Below are positions 27,886 to 28,248 of a stretch of DNA of 28,248 nt, in pieces (positions within the stretch are counted from its first letter, which is position 1; the number at the start of each line of letters is the position of its first letter). The notes beneath the pieces are model-generated. The model had not been told where the DNA came from. It saw only the letters and a list, made by a program, of their open reading frames with translations, and did no database searches. Source of the DNA: Acidobacteriota bacterium (GTDB lineage: Bacteria; Acidobacteriota; Terriglobia; Bryobacterales; Bryobacteraceae); assembly GCA_037444075.1 (NCBI GenBank), contig JBBIND010000055.1, positions 1 through 28,248 on the forward strand, in the 5' to 3' direction. A program made the position numbers and the translations under genes.

Positions 27886-28248
<363 letters not shown>

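Overview
GC-rich (~65%) bacterial chromosomal window. The partial 16S rRNA at the 3' end has an Acidobacteriota-type 5' region (AGAATCAACGCTGGCGGCG).

The backbone is an F1Fo ATP synthase locus on the minus strand, split into two blocks: atpZ-atpI-atpB-atpE at 10.8-12.6 kb and atpF'-atpF-atpH-atpA-atpG-atpD-atpC at 0.16-6.0 kb, followed by tRNA-Pro(GGG). A 4.8-kb segment separates the halves. It carries a DapA-family aldolase and a DnaQ-like exonuclease on the minus strand, and a divergent, translationally coupled nfeD-flotillin-TAT-phosphotriesterase operon.

Downstream features, in order:
- an N-terminally truncated acetamidase/formamidase-like remnant;
- a three-gene membrane-dehydrogenase module: TAT small subunit, GMC FAD oxidoreductase, and an unusual 9-heme NapC/NrfH-like cytochrome c;
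- a secreted PL11 rhamnogalacturonan lyase;
- a 495-bp intergenic region with two perfect 52-bp direct repeats, each containing an 11-bp inverted repeat;
- a ~900-aa secreted M14 carboxypeptidase;
- a TAT Gfo/Idh/MocA oxidoreductase;
- a tightly overlapping MeaB-like GTPase, MTAP (TTG start) and GT9 glycosyltransferase;
- an Rrf2 regulator and AmmeMemoRadiSam-type radical SAM enzyme pair;
- the leader and 5' end of an rrn operon.

No transposase, integrase, CRISPR or phage genes were seen. Large ORFs antisense to these genes are GC-driven shadow ORFs.
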